From: Alphaproteobacteria bacterium
Lineage (GTDB): Bacteria > Pseudomonadota > Alphaproteobacteria > JAPYRI01
Direction: 5' to 3'
Assembly (NCBI GenBank): GCA_029941135.1
Contig: JAPYRI010000001.1
Coordinates: 6,275 to 70,274 of the forward strand
DNA length: 64,000 bases
In this document: piece by piece, positions 20,418-30,830 of the stretch
Position numbering within the stretch: the first letter of the stretch is position 1
Layout of the letters: each line of letters begins with the position of its first letter
Translations under genes and position numbers: made by a program
Notes under the pieces: generated by a model
Database searches by the model: none
What the model was told of the DNA's origin: nothing
What the model saw: the letters and a program-made list of their open reading frames with translations, nothing else

Positions 20418-21047
20418 TCAGGCCTCGATGCTCATGGACATGAGACCGCTGAGCAATAAATCGCTGACGGTTTTTACGACCATGCCCGGGTCGTCTTGCC
20501 GGGGATCATAGCCACTGTAATTTCGCCGCACCCGATGAAACTCAAAATGACCGATAATTGAGCACGTGACCAAACTGGCTAGCAGTTCAGGATCGCGGCC
20601 GGTATTAAATTCGGCCATCAAATCGACAATCTGCCCGAACGAGACCTGAAGAACACTTTTGGTCACGAACTCGAGCCGTGCATCATCGCCATCAAGGAGT
20701 TCCCGATGGAGAAGACGGGCAAAAATTTCCTCTTCGGTAAAAAGTTCAACTGTCGCCGCGACGAGGGCCCGAAATCGCTGCTCGAGCGGCAAGCCAGCAC
20801 CCAGGCCTTCGGTTAGACCGCTCATTCGGTCGCCGAGCGCGTGCTCCATGGTGGCGGCGTAGAGGTCGGATTTGTCCTTGAAATGGTTGTACAAGGCGCC
20901 TGGTGTGATTCCGGCTCCTTGTGAAATGTCGCGCATGGACACGCTGGAATAGCCGCCGCTCGCGAAAAGGCTGGCGGCCGAGGTCAAAATAGCCTCCCGC
21001 GTTTCGGATCCCCGTTGCATACAATTTGTACCTATTCTGCCTGGCAT
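20418..21047 (-). CDS. TetR/AcrR family transcriptional regulator.
   Basis: N-terminal HTH (REAILTSAASLFASGGYSSVSMRDISQGAGITPGALYNHFKDKSDLY). It lies 34 nt upstream of the hydrolase on the same strand, so a likely operon. The start is either 21047 or the internal Met at 21017. Confidence 0.8.
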   Translation of the reverse strand: MPGRIGTNCMQRGSETREAILTSAASLFASGGYSSVSMRDISQGAGITPGALYNHFKDKSDLYAATMEHALGDRMSGLTEGLGAGLPLEQRFRALVAATVELFTEEEIFARLLHRELLDGDDARLEFVTKSVLQVSFGQIVDLMAEFNTGRDPELLASLVTCSIIGHFEFHRVRRNYSGYDPRQDDPGMVVKTVSDLLLSGLMSMSIEA

Positions 21048-21280
21048 CTTAGCCGCCGCAACTTATCATCCTTGATCTTGATTTGGCTATGGCCCTAAGC
21101 TGTTGCCCTAGGCTATGACCCTGATATCCTGTAGGGGGACGGCGAAGACGGCAATTCGGGCCTGCCTGTTGATCGCCGAGCCATAGCTGAAGAAAGATGG
21201 AGACTTGAGTAAAGGTGGGGAAAGCCGACAGATCCGGCAAAAAATGATCGCTTGATCTGTGCTGTTTCTAGTGGGGTCCA

Positions 21281-21949
21281 TTGTCAATGCTAACCCGGGA
21301 GCTGATCCTTAACGGCTACGTTAAAGAGATCTTCGCCAAAAGCGATGGCAGCACACCCTTGCTTTCGGACGAAGAGATTGATGCATCGTGCCGGGCGAGT
21401 TTGGCCGATGCACCCCCTGGCGATATCTGGTTGTTCGGGTATGGATCGCTGATTTGGAACCCGACCATCCATTTTGCTGAAAAGCGTATCGGTAAGGTTG
21501 CCGGCTACCATCGGCGCTTTTGTCTGTGGACACATTTGGGGCGCGGGTGCCCGGAATGCCCGGGATTATTGCTGGGGCTGGAGCATGGCGGGTCCTGCGG
21601 CGGGGTGGTGTTTCGCATTCCGGCCGCGCAAGCCGATCATGAATGCCGCATCGTTTGGCACCGGGAGATGGTCAGCGGCTCCTATATCCCGCGCTGGGTT
21701 GACGTTCAAACCGACGATGGCCCCGTGCGCGCCATCGCCTTTATCATCAACCGGGATCACGTGCGCTACGCCGGACGGCTCTCAGACGAGCGCGTGGCGG
21801 AAACGCTCGCCAATGCCGAGGGCCCCTTGGGCAACTGTGCGGATTATTTGATCAACACCGCCGACCACTTGGAAGAACTTGGCATTTTGGACGCGCCGCT
21901 GCAGCACTTGCGCACGGAAGTACAGCGCCTGTGCGCGGCTAAAAATTAA
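21281..21949 (+). CDS. ChaC-family gamma-glutamylcyclotransferase (glutathione-specific gamma-glutamyl cyclotransferase-like).
   Basis: 222 aa. The ChaC signature GYGSLIWNP near the N-terminus. It is divergent from the TetR gene. Confidence 0.7.
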   Translation: MSMLTRELILNGYVKEIFAKSDGSTPLLSDEEIDASCRASLADAPPGDIWLFGYGSLIWNPTIHFAEKRIGKVAGYHRRFCLWTHLGRGCPECPGLLLGLEHGGSCGGVVFRIPAAQADHECRIVWHREMVSGSYIPRWVDVQTDDGPVRAIAFIINRDHVRYAGRLSDERVAETLANAEGPLGNCADYLINTADHLEELGILDAPLQHLRTEVQRLCAAKN

Positions 21950-21990
21950 GCAAGGCCAATAAATAGGAGCGCGGGAAGCCAATCCCAGGA

Positions 21991-22548
21991 TCATGCTTTG
22001 GCGTTTAAAGCCTGAACGATCTGCAGGCCGCCGGGGGCATCAACATCCACCCCGCTCACTTCCATGAATCGCGCCATCATCATGTAAAAGCCAATGGCTG
22101 CCGTGATTTCCATCACCTCGCGGTCGGATAAATGTTCCCGCAACGCGGCCAACACCTGATCGCTGGGCCGGACGTTCTGCACCACCTCGTCGGCGAACGC
22201 GAGCACGAGTGCCTCCAGTTCCGTGAAGCAATCACCCGTGCGCTCGCCCTTTTGCAAGGCGTCGATCTGCGCTTGGGTGACCCCAACATCGTTGGCAAAC
22301 GCCTCGTGCTGAACCCATTCGTATTCAGCGTCCGACAATTGGGCGACCCGCAATATGACCAGCTCACGCAACACCGGCGACAGTTTCTGAACGGTCAAAA
22401 TTTTGGCGCCCAGTTGCAACATGGCCGGACAGGCTTCATCCAGATGGCTGACCATGCGCAGAATGTTCAACGATACCGGCATGGAGTGGAGCGTGTGCCG
22501 CGTGGCATCCGAAAGCGTTTCCACATCGGGATAAGGCAGTCGAGACAT
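21991..22548 (-). CDS. Carboxymuconolactone decarboxylase (CMD/AhpD-like) family protein.
   Basis: A 185-aa product from the internal ATG at 22546-22548 (MSRLPYPDVETLSDATRH…). The ORF-track product (312 aa) has a 127-aa non-conserved N-extension. The AhpD-like helical core is present. Confidence 0.65.
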   Translation of the reverse strand: MSRLPYPDVETLSDATRHTLHSMPVSLNILRMVSHLDEACPAMLQLGAKILTVQKLSPVLRELVILRVAQLSDAEYEWVQHEAFANDVGVTQAQIDALQKGERTGDCFTELEALVLAFADEVVQNVRPSDQVLAALREHLSDREVMEITAAIGFYMMMARFMEVSGVDVDAPGGLQIVQALNAKA

Positions 22549-22737
22549 TGTAATTTCCCCCAGAATAATATTTACGGCGCTGACCCTAACACGTTGGCCG
22601 ACGCAGGTGTATTCGCGGCTGCCCGTGCAACGCCGGGGACCAGCCCGTGCAACGCCGTTGGAATGTCTTGCAGTGCCCCCGGGAATGGGGACAATGCGCC
22701 CAACATTTAGGAAATTGAAAACGAAGGAGATCCCTCC

Positions 22738-23157
22738 ATGACGACTGTCAATGTAAGCGAAACCGTGGCCGCCTCCGCCGACGACGTGTGGCGGATCATC
22801 AGCGACTTTGGCGGTGTTGAGCCCAATGAAATGATCGCCGGCTGCACGGTCGACGGCGAGGGGGTTGGCGCTGTGCGCACCATTACCTTGAACGGCGGCG
22901 GCGAAATCATTGAAAGCCTGGAGAGCCATGACAACAGTGCCCAGGTATTCAGTTACGCAATCATCAACGACTGCCCGTTGCCGGTGAAAAACTACCTGTC
23001 CACGGTGAAAGTTTCGGACGACGGCAACGGCGGGGCGACCGTCGATTGGTCGAGCACGTTCGAGGCCGCAGGCGCGCCGGAAGACACTGTCGTTGATCTC
23101 ATCAAAGGAGTCTACAAGGGCGGCATCGCGCGGGTGCGCAGCAAGCTCGGCCTCTGA
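22738..23157 (+). CDS. SRPBCC-superfamily (Bet v1/polyketide cyclase-like) protein.
   Basis: 139 aa. Shows the Polyketide_cyc2-like pattern (VSETVAASADDVWRIISDFGG…), and the RBS GGAGA sits 8 nt upstream of the start. Confidence 0.6.
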   Translation: MTTVNVSETVAASADDVWRIISDFGGVEPNEMIAGCTVDGEGVGAVRTITLNGGGEIIESLESHDNSAQVFSYAIINDCPLPVKNYLSTVKVSDDGNGGATVDWSSTFEAAGAPEDTVVDLIKGVYKGGIARVRSKLGL

Positions 23158-23182
23158 TACTCTTTAAATAGTCAGCCCAGGT

Positions 23183-23830
23183 ATGGCGGGGACCGATCTC
23201 ACACAGGACGCCTTCAAGCGCATGGACGAGGGCGAGGACCGGTTGTTTTACGAGGTTCCCCGCTTGGTGACCCACATCGACGAGGGCGCCATTGCGGCAC
23301 TTACCTCTTGTTTTAAAGACCACCTTCCGGCAAGCGGCGACATCTTGGATCTGATGTCCAGTTGCGTGTCCCACTATCCGGACGATGTTGAGTTTGCCTC
23401 GGTGACCGGCCTCGGGATGAACCGGGTCGAGCTGGACGCGAACCCGCGCCTCACCACACGGGTCATTCACGACCTCAACCACGACCCCATCTTGCCTTTC
23501 GATGACGGGACGTTCGATGCTTGCACTCTCAGTGTGTCGGTCCAATATCTGACCCGGCCAAGCGCGGTCTTTACCGAGTTGGCGCGGGTGTTGAAGCCCG
23601 GGGCCCCCTGCATCATCAGTTATTCAAACCGCTGCTTTCCGACCAAGGCGGTGGCCGTTTGGCAGGCGCTCGATGACCACGGACATGGCGAGCTCATCGC
23701 CCAATATTTTGCCGGCAGTAAGGAGTTCGCGCCTGCGCGGGTCCTCGACCTGTCGCCTGCACGCGGGCGCACGCGCGTACACAGAGACCCGCTCTACGTC
23801 GTCGTCGCCGACGCCGCCTTGCCGCTCTGA
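23183..23830 (+). CDS. Class-I methyltransferase-fold protein with a non-canonical motif I (paralog 1).
   Basis: 215 aa. Methyltransf_11-like core (…DILDLMSSCVSHYP…VTGLGMNRVELDANP…DLNHDPILPFDDGTFDACTLSVSVQYLTRP…ARVLKPGAPCIISYSN). The Gly-rich SAM loop is replaced by LMSSCVSH. Confidence 0.55.
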   Translation: MAGTDLTQDAFKRMDEGEDRLFYEVPRLVTHIDEGAIAALTSCFKDHLPASGDILDLMSSCVSHYPDDVEFASVTGLGMNRVELDANPRLTTRVIHDLNHDPILPFDDGTFDACTLSVSVQYLTRPSAVFTELARVLKPGAPCIISYSNRCFPTKAVAVWQALDDHGHGELIAQYFAGSKEFAPARVLDLSPARGRTRVHRDPLYVVVADAALPL

Positions 23831-24023
23831 GCACGGTACATTACCTTCAGCCCGCACAACCTCAAGCGGGGCGACGGTGACTGAACACAGCAACAAGTTG
23901 CGGAAGTTGGGATTTGGGTTGCTGGGGGCAGTGGCGGTTGGCGGTTGGCGGGCTCGTGGTCTCACTGCTGACTGGGGCCTACTACGCCTTCATGGTCTAT
24001 GGCGATCACAGCGACAGAAAAAT

Positions 24024-24797
24024 ATGGCGAAATTTGAACTGATTCCGAATTACTTTGAGCACGCGAACACCTACGCAGACACTAAATATTACCGGACGCC
24101 CTGCATGGCGCCGTTTATGGACAAGCGGGCGCGTGGGGCCTTGACGACCTTCTTATCCGGCGAACTGCCGCGGGGTGGAGATATGCTGGATTTGATGTCC
24201 GGACGCTACTCCCACTACCCTCGCAACCTGGCGCCGCAATCGGTCACGGGCCTCAATATGAACTTAGTTGAGCTGGAGGCAAACCCGTGGCTCACGGCTC
24301 GGATCGTTCATGACCTTTACCGCGAACCGAGACTGCCCTTTGCGGACGCAAGTTTCGATGGGTGCTCGGTGAACCTGGCGGTCGAATATTTGACTCAACC
24401 AGTCGCGGTGCTGGCCGAGGTGGCACGGGTATTGAAGTCCGGCGCCCCGTTCATCATCAGTTATTCAAACCGTTATTTTATGGCGAAAGCAATTGCGCTG
24501 TGGCGCCTCCTGGACGACCTTGGCCGCGGCGAGCTGGTGCGCCACTTTCTCAATATGAACGGCGGGTTCGAGTTCGAGGGTGCCCAGGTTGTCGACCTAT
24601 CGCCCGCCGCAGGGCTCGCCCAGCCGCTGTTCGCCGTCACTGCCCGCAAGCAACCTCGCTTGCCGCTTGACCGGACATGGGGGTTTTCACGCGCCCCAAG
24701 TGCGGAAATTTATGCGCCTATGGGATCAGTGCCGTTATGTAGCCGGGCAAGTCAAACGCCGCCCGATGGACATGCGGTGTGTAGTAGCGGGTGGTGA
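24024..24797 (+). CDS. Class-I methyltransferase-fold protein with a non-canonical motif I (paralog 2 of 23183..23830).
   Basis: Starts at the ATG at 24024 (MAKFELIP…). It aligns with paralog 1 along the whole core (DMLDLMSGRYSHYP…VTGLNMNLVELEANP…DLYREPRLPFADASFDGCSVNLAVEYLTQP…ARVLKSGAPFIISYSN). A roughly 45-aa C-terminal extension overlaps the 3′ end of convergent speE. The ORF-track N-extension (23673-24023) is spurious. Confidence 0.5.
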   Translation: MAKFELIPNYFEHANTYADTKYYRTPCMAPFMDKRARGALTTFLSGELPRGGDMLDLMSGRYSHYPRNLAPQSVTGLNMNLVELEANPWLTARIVHDLYREPRLPFADASFDGCSVNLAVEYLTQPVAVLAEVARVLKSGAPFIISYSNRYFMAKAIALWRLLDDLGRGELVRHFLNMNGGFEFEGAQVVDLSPAAGLAQPLFAVTARKQPRLPLDRTWGFSRAPSAEIYAPMGSVPLCSRASQTPPDGHAVCSSGW

Positions 24798-25560
24798 TCT
24801 CTAGCGCCGCAAACCGCGCGGCCAAAACATCGGTGCCGAGCCGGTGCAAGTCTGGATTGTCGGTCGAAAAGCCGAGGGTCATGGGCCCGCCTACGTAGGT
24901 GGGCACCGGCACCGTATAGAAGCCCACGTCGCTGAACTCTTGCCTGAGACGCCGCCCCGCGCGGGTGAGTTCATCGGCTTGGAAAAACGGCACGCCATTT
25001 TGCGTGACCAGCACACCACCCGGGCTGAGGCAGCGTTTGCAATCCCCATAGAACGCTTGCGTAAACAACGCCTCGCCCGGGCCCATGGGGTCGGTCGAAT
25101 CGACAATGATCACGTCGAATTTTTGTTCGGTGTCGGCCATAAACCGACCCCCGTTCCCGATGTGCACCTGGGTGCGCGGATCGTCGAATGCGCCTTGGCT
25201 TAACCCCGGCAGGTGCTCGGTGCACAGGTCAATGACCGTGCGGTCGAGCTCGACCAAGGTCGCGTGCTCGACGGGGTGACGCAAAACCTCGCGTAACGAG
25301 CCGCCATCGCCACCGCCGATAATGAGCACATTTTGCGCGGCCCCATGGGCCACAAGCGGCACGTGCACCAGCATTTCATGGTAGAAAAATTCGTCCCGCT
25401 CGGTGGTTTGAACGATGCCGTCCAAGGCGAGCACCCGGCCAAAGATCGGGTTGTCGAACAGGATCAGGTGCTGATGCTCGGTTTTGTCTTCGAACACCAC
25501 GTGGCCGATCTCCAAGTGCTGGCAGTACCCCGGGTGCAGGGTCTCACTGAACCAAGTCAA
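24718..25560 (-). CDS. speE: Spermidine synthase (polyamine aminopropyltransferase).
   Basis: 280 aa. GGGDGG motif (VLIIGGGDGGSLREV) and DSTDP motif (IIVDSTDPMGPGEALF). Confidence 0.9.
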   Translation of the reverse strand: MTWFSETLHPGYCQHLEIGHVVFEDKTEHQHLILFDNPIFGRVLALDGIVQTTERDEFFYHEMLVHVPLVAHGAAQNVLIIGGGDGGSLREVLRHPVEHATLVELDRTVIDLCTEHLPGLSQGAFDDPRTQVHIGNGGRFMADTEQKFDVIIVDSTDPMGPGEALFTQAFYGDCKRCLSPGGVLVTQNGVPFFQADELTRAGRRLRQEFSDVGFYTVPVPTYVGGPMTLGFSTDNPDLHRLGTDVLAARFAALEITTRYYTPHVHRAAFDLPGYITALIP

Positions 25561-26009
25561 CGAACGATGCCCCGCTTGTGTTCGCTCACCTCGAGCTGTG
25601 TGGGAGCAAAAACGCGGCGCAGAACGGGCAGGCAGTGATGGGGGTTACACCCACCGCACATGAAGATATCAAGCGCCGCGAATTTGCGTTCGGGCCAGGT
25701 GTGGATGGTGATATGTGATTCGGCCAATACGGCAACGCCGGTCACGCCGGTTGACGCGTCAAACTGATGCACGTGAACTTGCAGCACCGTTGCCCCCGCT
25801 GCCTCGGCGGCCTCACACAGCGCCGATTTCACAGCTTCCGGGTCGGTGAGGTTGCGGCCCCCCCACAACTCCACCAACAGGTGCGTGCCGGCAAAGCAAA
25901 CCCCCTCGTGCTCAACAAAATAGTCGTCACTTACAGAGGTGGTCGACGTGCCGCCATCATTTACTAAATTCTGGTTTTTGTCAGTCAAAGCATCTTCCTC
26001 GCGGGTCAT
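25557..26009 (-). CDS. speH: S-adenosylmethionine decarboxylase proenzyme (class 1b, pyruvoyl-dependent).
   Basis: About 150 aa (…GVCFAGTHLLVELWGG…ESHITIHTWPE…). The self-cleavage Ser lies in …VLAESHITIHTWPE…. The stop overlaps the speE start (ATGA-type coupling), giving a speH-speE operon. Confidence 0.8.
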   Translation of the reverse strand: MTREEDALTDKNQNLVNDGGTSTTSVSDDYFVEHEGVCFAGTHLLVELWGGRNLTDPEAVKSALCEAAEAAGATVLQVHVHQFDASTGVTGVAVLAESHITIHTWPERKFAALDIFMCGGCNPHHCLPVLRRVFAPTQLEVSEHKRGIVR

Positions 26010-26030
26010 CGGTTACGCGCCTGTCGCCGC

Positions 26031-26708
26031 TCACAGTTGCGGTGCGAGAGAGAACCGCTGAGCAACTTCTATCCAGTTTCCATCCGGGTCGCGTATAAAG
26101 CCAATGCGCGCGATGTCACCGATGGTAAAGGGGGCTTCGCCCACTTCCGCGCCGCGTTCCACCAAACCTGCGAACGCCGCATCCACATCCGTCACATGAA
26201 GGGTCACATAAGTCACCCCCTCGGCGATCCAATGACCGGCTTGGCCAGCGCCACTATTTTGCTCAACAAAAAATAGGGCCGCGCCCGAACGATACCGCCC
26301 TTCACCCAGATCCTCAAACTGCAGCACGCGGGTCATAAAATCCCGGTGCGCCCCCAGATCCCTAACCCCCAACCGCACACCCAGACCGGTGAGCCCTTCC
26401 CAACCCATTGGAACCAAAGTGACCGCGTTGCCGTCGGGGTCCGCGCGATTGTCTGCCTTTCCAACCGCCTTCCGTGGGCAAAACAATTCCTGGTAGCCCG
26501 TGGTAGCCCGATTGAGCGTTCCATTCGCATGCCGGGTATTGATTTTGAGGATCGATTCGCCCGCCGCGTAACGGTATTGGCACAAGATGTCCTCAATCTC
26601 CGCCTTGGCAGCAAACGGAAAGCCAATTTCGTCCTGCCAAAAGGCTTGTTGAGGTTTCAATTTGCCCGTGAACAAGCCGACATCTATCTGAGGTTTGGAA
26701 AGAAGCAT
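26031..26708 (-). CDS. VOC-family protein (glyoxalase/bleomycin-resistance/dioxygenase fold, two tandem modules).
   Basis: 225 aa. Two beta-alpha-beta-beta-beta-like halves, typical VOC composition. Confidence 0.55.
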   Translation of the reverse strand: MLLSKPQIDVGLFTGKLKPQQAFWQDEIGFPFAAKAEIEDILCQYRYAAGESILKINTRHANGTLNRATTGYQELFCPRKAVGKADNRADPDGNAVTLVPMGWEGLTGLGVRLGVRDLGAHRDFMTRVLQFEDLGEGRYRSGAALFFVEQNSGAGQAGHWIAEGVTYVTLHVTDVDAAFAGLVERGAEVGEAPFTIGDIARIGFIRDPDGNWIEVAQRFSLAPQL

Positions 26709-26767
26709 GGATGCCTAACGTCCTTCAGGGTAGCAATGGATCAAGTCTGCACCGCCAGCACAGCGAT

Positions 26768-26805
26768 AAGAAAAAGGGGCAGCCCTGAAGCCACCCCTTG
26801 TCCTT
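26768..26805 (-). terminator. Rho-independent terminator downstream of groEL2.
   Basis: Minus-strand RNA: GGGGUGGC-UUCAGG-GCUGCCCC followed by UUUUUCUU. An 8-bp stem with two G·U pairs. Confidence 0.5.
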
Positions 26806-26829
26806 GTAACCGCGGTAAGACGACAGGCG

Positions 26830-28858
<2,029 letters not shown>

Positions 28859-28932
28859 GTTTCGATCCTCCTCTTAAAAAACCAAGCCTTCGCCTCCGTG
28901 GGCGCCAGCTTACTGAAATTGGGAACGTGCTT

Positions 28933-28959
28933 TTAGCACTTCATGTCCGAGAGTGCTAG
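28933..28959 (-). promoter_or_regulatory. CIRCE operator of groESL copy 2.
   Basis: TTAGCACTT-CATGTCCGA-GAGTGCTAG, 75 nt upstream of the groES2 start. It is a near-perfect CIRCE inverted repeat. Confidence 0.75.
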
Positions 28960-28974
28960 CCCCTTCCGAACACT

Positions 28975-29003
28975 GATTTAAGAAGTCAAAATTGGCAGTT
29001 CAA
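28975..29003 (-). promoter_or_regulatory. Candidate sigma70-type promoter of groESL2, immediately upstream of CIRCE.
   Basis: Minus strand: TTGAAC (28998-29003), a 17-nt spacer, then TAAATC (28975-28980). CIRCE starts 16 nt downstream of the -10. Confidence 0.4.
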
Positions 29004-29075
29004 GTACCTTTCCAGGGCTATTTTGACAAAGCCCGACCGTGCTACGCTTCTATGTCGTCATTTACGGAGAAAACT

Positions 29076-29615
29076 ATGTCCCGCATCCCCCTCGCCGAAC
29101 CCGAGACATTGCCGCCATATTTGAGGAAAATGCACGATGAAGCCCGTCCTGACGATTGGTCAACACGCAATTGCGCGCGTGCATTCGCCGCCCACCCCGA
29201 TCTTTTGGAGCAGTATTTAGGCTTTTATTACCCCTACCACTCCAACGACGGCGTGGAAGGCAAACTCGACCCGCGTCTGAAAGAACTGGTGCGGCTGCGC
29301 ATCGCCACCCTAAACGGCTGCAAGTCATGCAAAGCCGCGCGGCTCGCGCCTGGAAAAGTGACCGAGCATGAAGCGATTGTGGGAGTCGACCAGCGCGACA
29401 AAGGGCCATTTAGTGCTCAGGAACGGGCTGCCATTGAGCTCGCCGAAGCCATGGCGCTGACCCATCACGACATCGATGACGACGCCTTTCGCCGGGCCAA
29501 AGAACATTTCTCGGACGCGGAACTACTTGAATTGATGATGATGGCGGGTCAGTACATTGGCCTCGGCCGAATGCTGGCGATACTCCAGTTGGAAACCGTC
29601 ACCTGCCCCATCTAG
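29076..29615 (+). CDS. Carboxymuconolactone decarboxylase (CMD/AhpD-like) family protein.
   Basis: 179 aa from the ATG at 29076 (MSRIPLAEPE…), with GGAGA 7 nt upstream. AhpD-like core containing …LNGCKSCKAARLAPG… The ORF-track start at 28992 would run into the groES2 promoter. Confidence 0.65.
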   Translation: MSRIPLAEPETLPPYLRKMHDEARPDDWSTRNCARAFAAHPDLLEQYLGFYYPYHSNDGVEGKLDPRLKELVRLRIATLNGCKSCKAARLAPGKVTEHEAIVGVDQRDKGPFSAQERAAIELAEAMALTHHDIDDDAFRRAKEHFSDAELLELMMMAGQYIGLGRMLAILQLETVTCPI

Positions 29616-29649
29616 ATAGGACAATTCATAGAAACCGCAGGCTTTGGTC

Positions 29650-30693
29650 TTAAAACCCGTAGGCTTCGGCCAATGCCGGATCTTTTTGCGCCACCATTTT
29701 CGCCAGATCGACCATCACCTTGGCCTGTTTCCATGTCGCATCATCTTGCATCTTACCATCGATTAGGACGGCGCCGGTGCCATCCGGCATGGCCTCCAGG
29801 ATACGTTTCGCAAACAAAACCTCGTCCACATCGGGGCTAAACACTTTCTTCGCGATAGCGATTTGCGACGGATGCAGGCTCCATGTGCCCAAGCACCCCT
29901 GCAGAAAAGCATTGCGGAATTGGGCTTCACATGCGGCGGGGTCGGAGAAGTCGCCGAAGGGACCATAAAACGCCTTCAACCCATTCGCCATGCAGGCATC
30001 GACCATGCGTCCGACCGTGTAGTGCCACAGGTCCTGCTGATAGAAATTGCGCTCGTCGACTCCTTCACGGGCATCTTCAAGCACCCCATAAAACGGATGT
30101 CCACCGCCCACGCGGGTGGTCTTCATGCCGCGTGAGGCCGCCAAATCGGCGGGGCCCAAACTCATGCCATGCATGCGCGGGCTGGCCGCTGCAATGTCAG
30201 TTACGTTATTTACACCTTGCGCGGTTTCCAATAGGGCATGAATGAGGATCGGCTTCTTGATGTTATGCTTCGCCTCCAATTGGGCGAGCAATTGATCGAG
30301 GTAATAAATGTCCCAAGGACCCTCCACCTTGGGCAGCATCATCACATCGAGCTTGTCACCGATGTTGGCGACAATTTCGTTTATGTCATCCAGCACCCAG
30401 GGGCTGTTCAGGGCATTTATCCGGGTCCACAGGCCAGTTGACCCGAAGTCTGTCGCTTTGGCGACCTCAATAAAACCAGTCCGCGCGGCTTCCTTGGCGT
30501 CGGCTGGAATGGCATCTTCCAGATTGCCCAGTAGCACGTCCACCTGCTCGATCATGTTGGGTACTTTGGCGCAAATTTTTGCGATGTGCGGCGGGAAAAA
30601 GTGAATCATCCGCTCAGGCACAACCGGCAGTTCGCGCACCGGCGCTGGCGCACCGATAGCCAAGGGTTTGTAGAAATTAATTGGCAGTTTCAT
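29650..30693 (-). CDS. mcl: L-malyl-CoA/beta-methylmalyl-CoA lyase (HpcH/HpaI aldolase-citrate lyase family).
   Basis: 347 aa. From memory it is co-linear over the full length with the characterised Chloroflexus/Rhodobacter-type Mcl ([36 protein letters not shown]…[14 protein letters not shown]…[27 protein letters not shown]…[15 protein letters not shown]). Confidence 0.8.
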   Translation of the reverse strand: MKLPINFYKPLAIGAPAPVRELPVVPERMIHFFPPHIAKICAKVPNMIEQVDVLLGNLEDAIPADAKEAARTGFIEVAKATDFGSTGLWTRINALNSPWVLDDINEIVANIGDKLDVMMLPKVEGPWDIYYLDQLLAQLEAKHNIKKPILIHALLETAQGVNNVTDIAAASPRMHGMSLGPADLAASRGMKTTRVGGGHPFYGVLEDAREGVDERNFYQQDLWHYTVGRMVDACMANGLKAFYGPFGDFSDPAACEAQFRNAFLQGCLGTWSLHPSQIAIAKKVFSPDVDEVLFAKRILEAMPDGTGAVLIDGKMQDDATWKQAKVMVDLAKMVAQKDPALAEAYGF

Positions 30694-30830
30694 GAAAACT
30701 CCAAAGCGAGATCAGAAGTTTGATATTATGGGCGCCGAAGGAAGTACACGGCTCATGACCCGCCGTCAAATTCGAACACTTGTTTTCTAAGCGCGCTTCA
30801 GGTGACAGTGGCACGGATTGAGGAGGAACT

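Noticed and set aside
23673-24023. N-terminal 117 aa of ORF 23673..24797
   Set aside because: It overlaps paralog 1 in another frame and is Ser/Arg-rich. The paralog alignment begins at the ATG at 24024.
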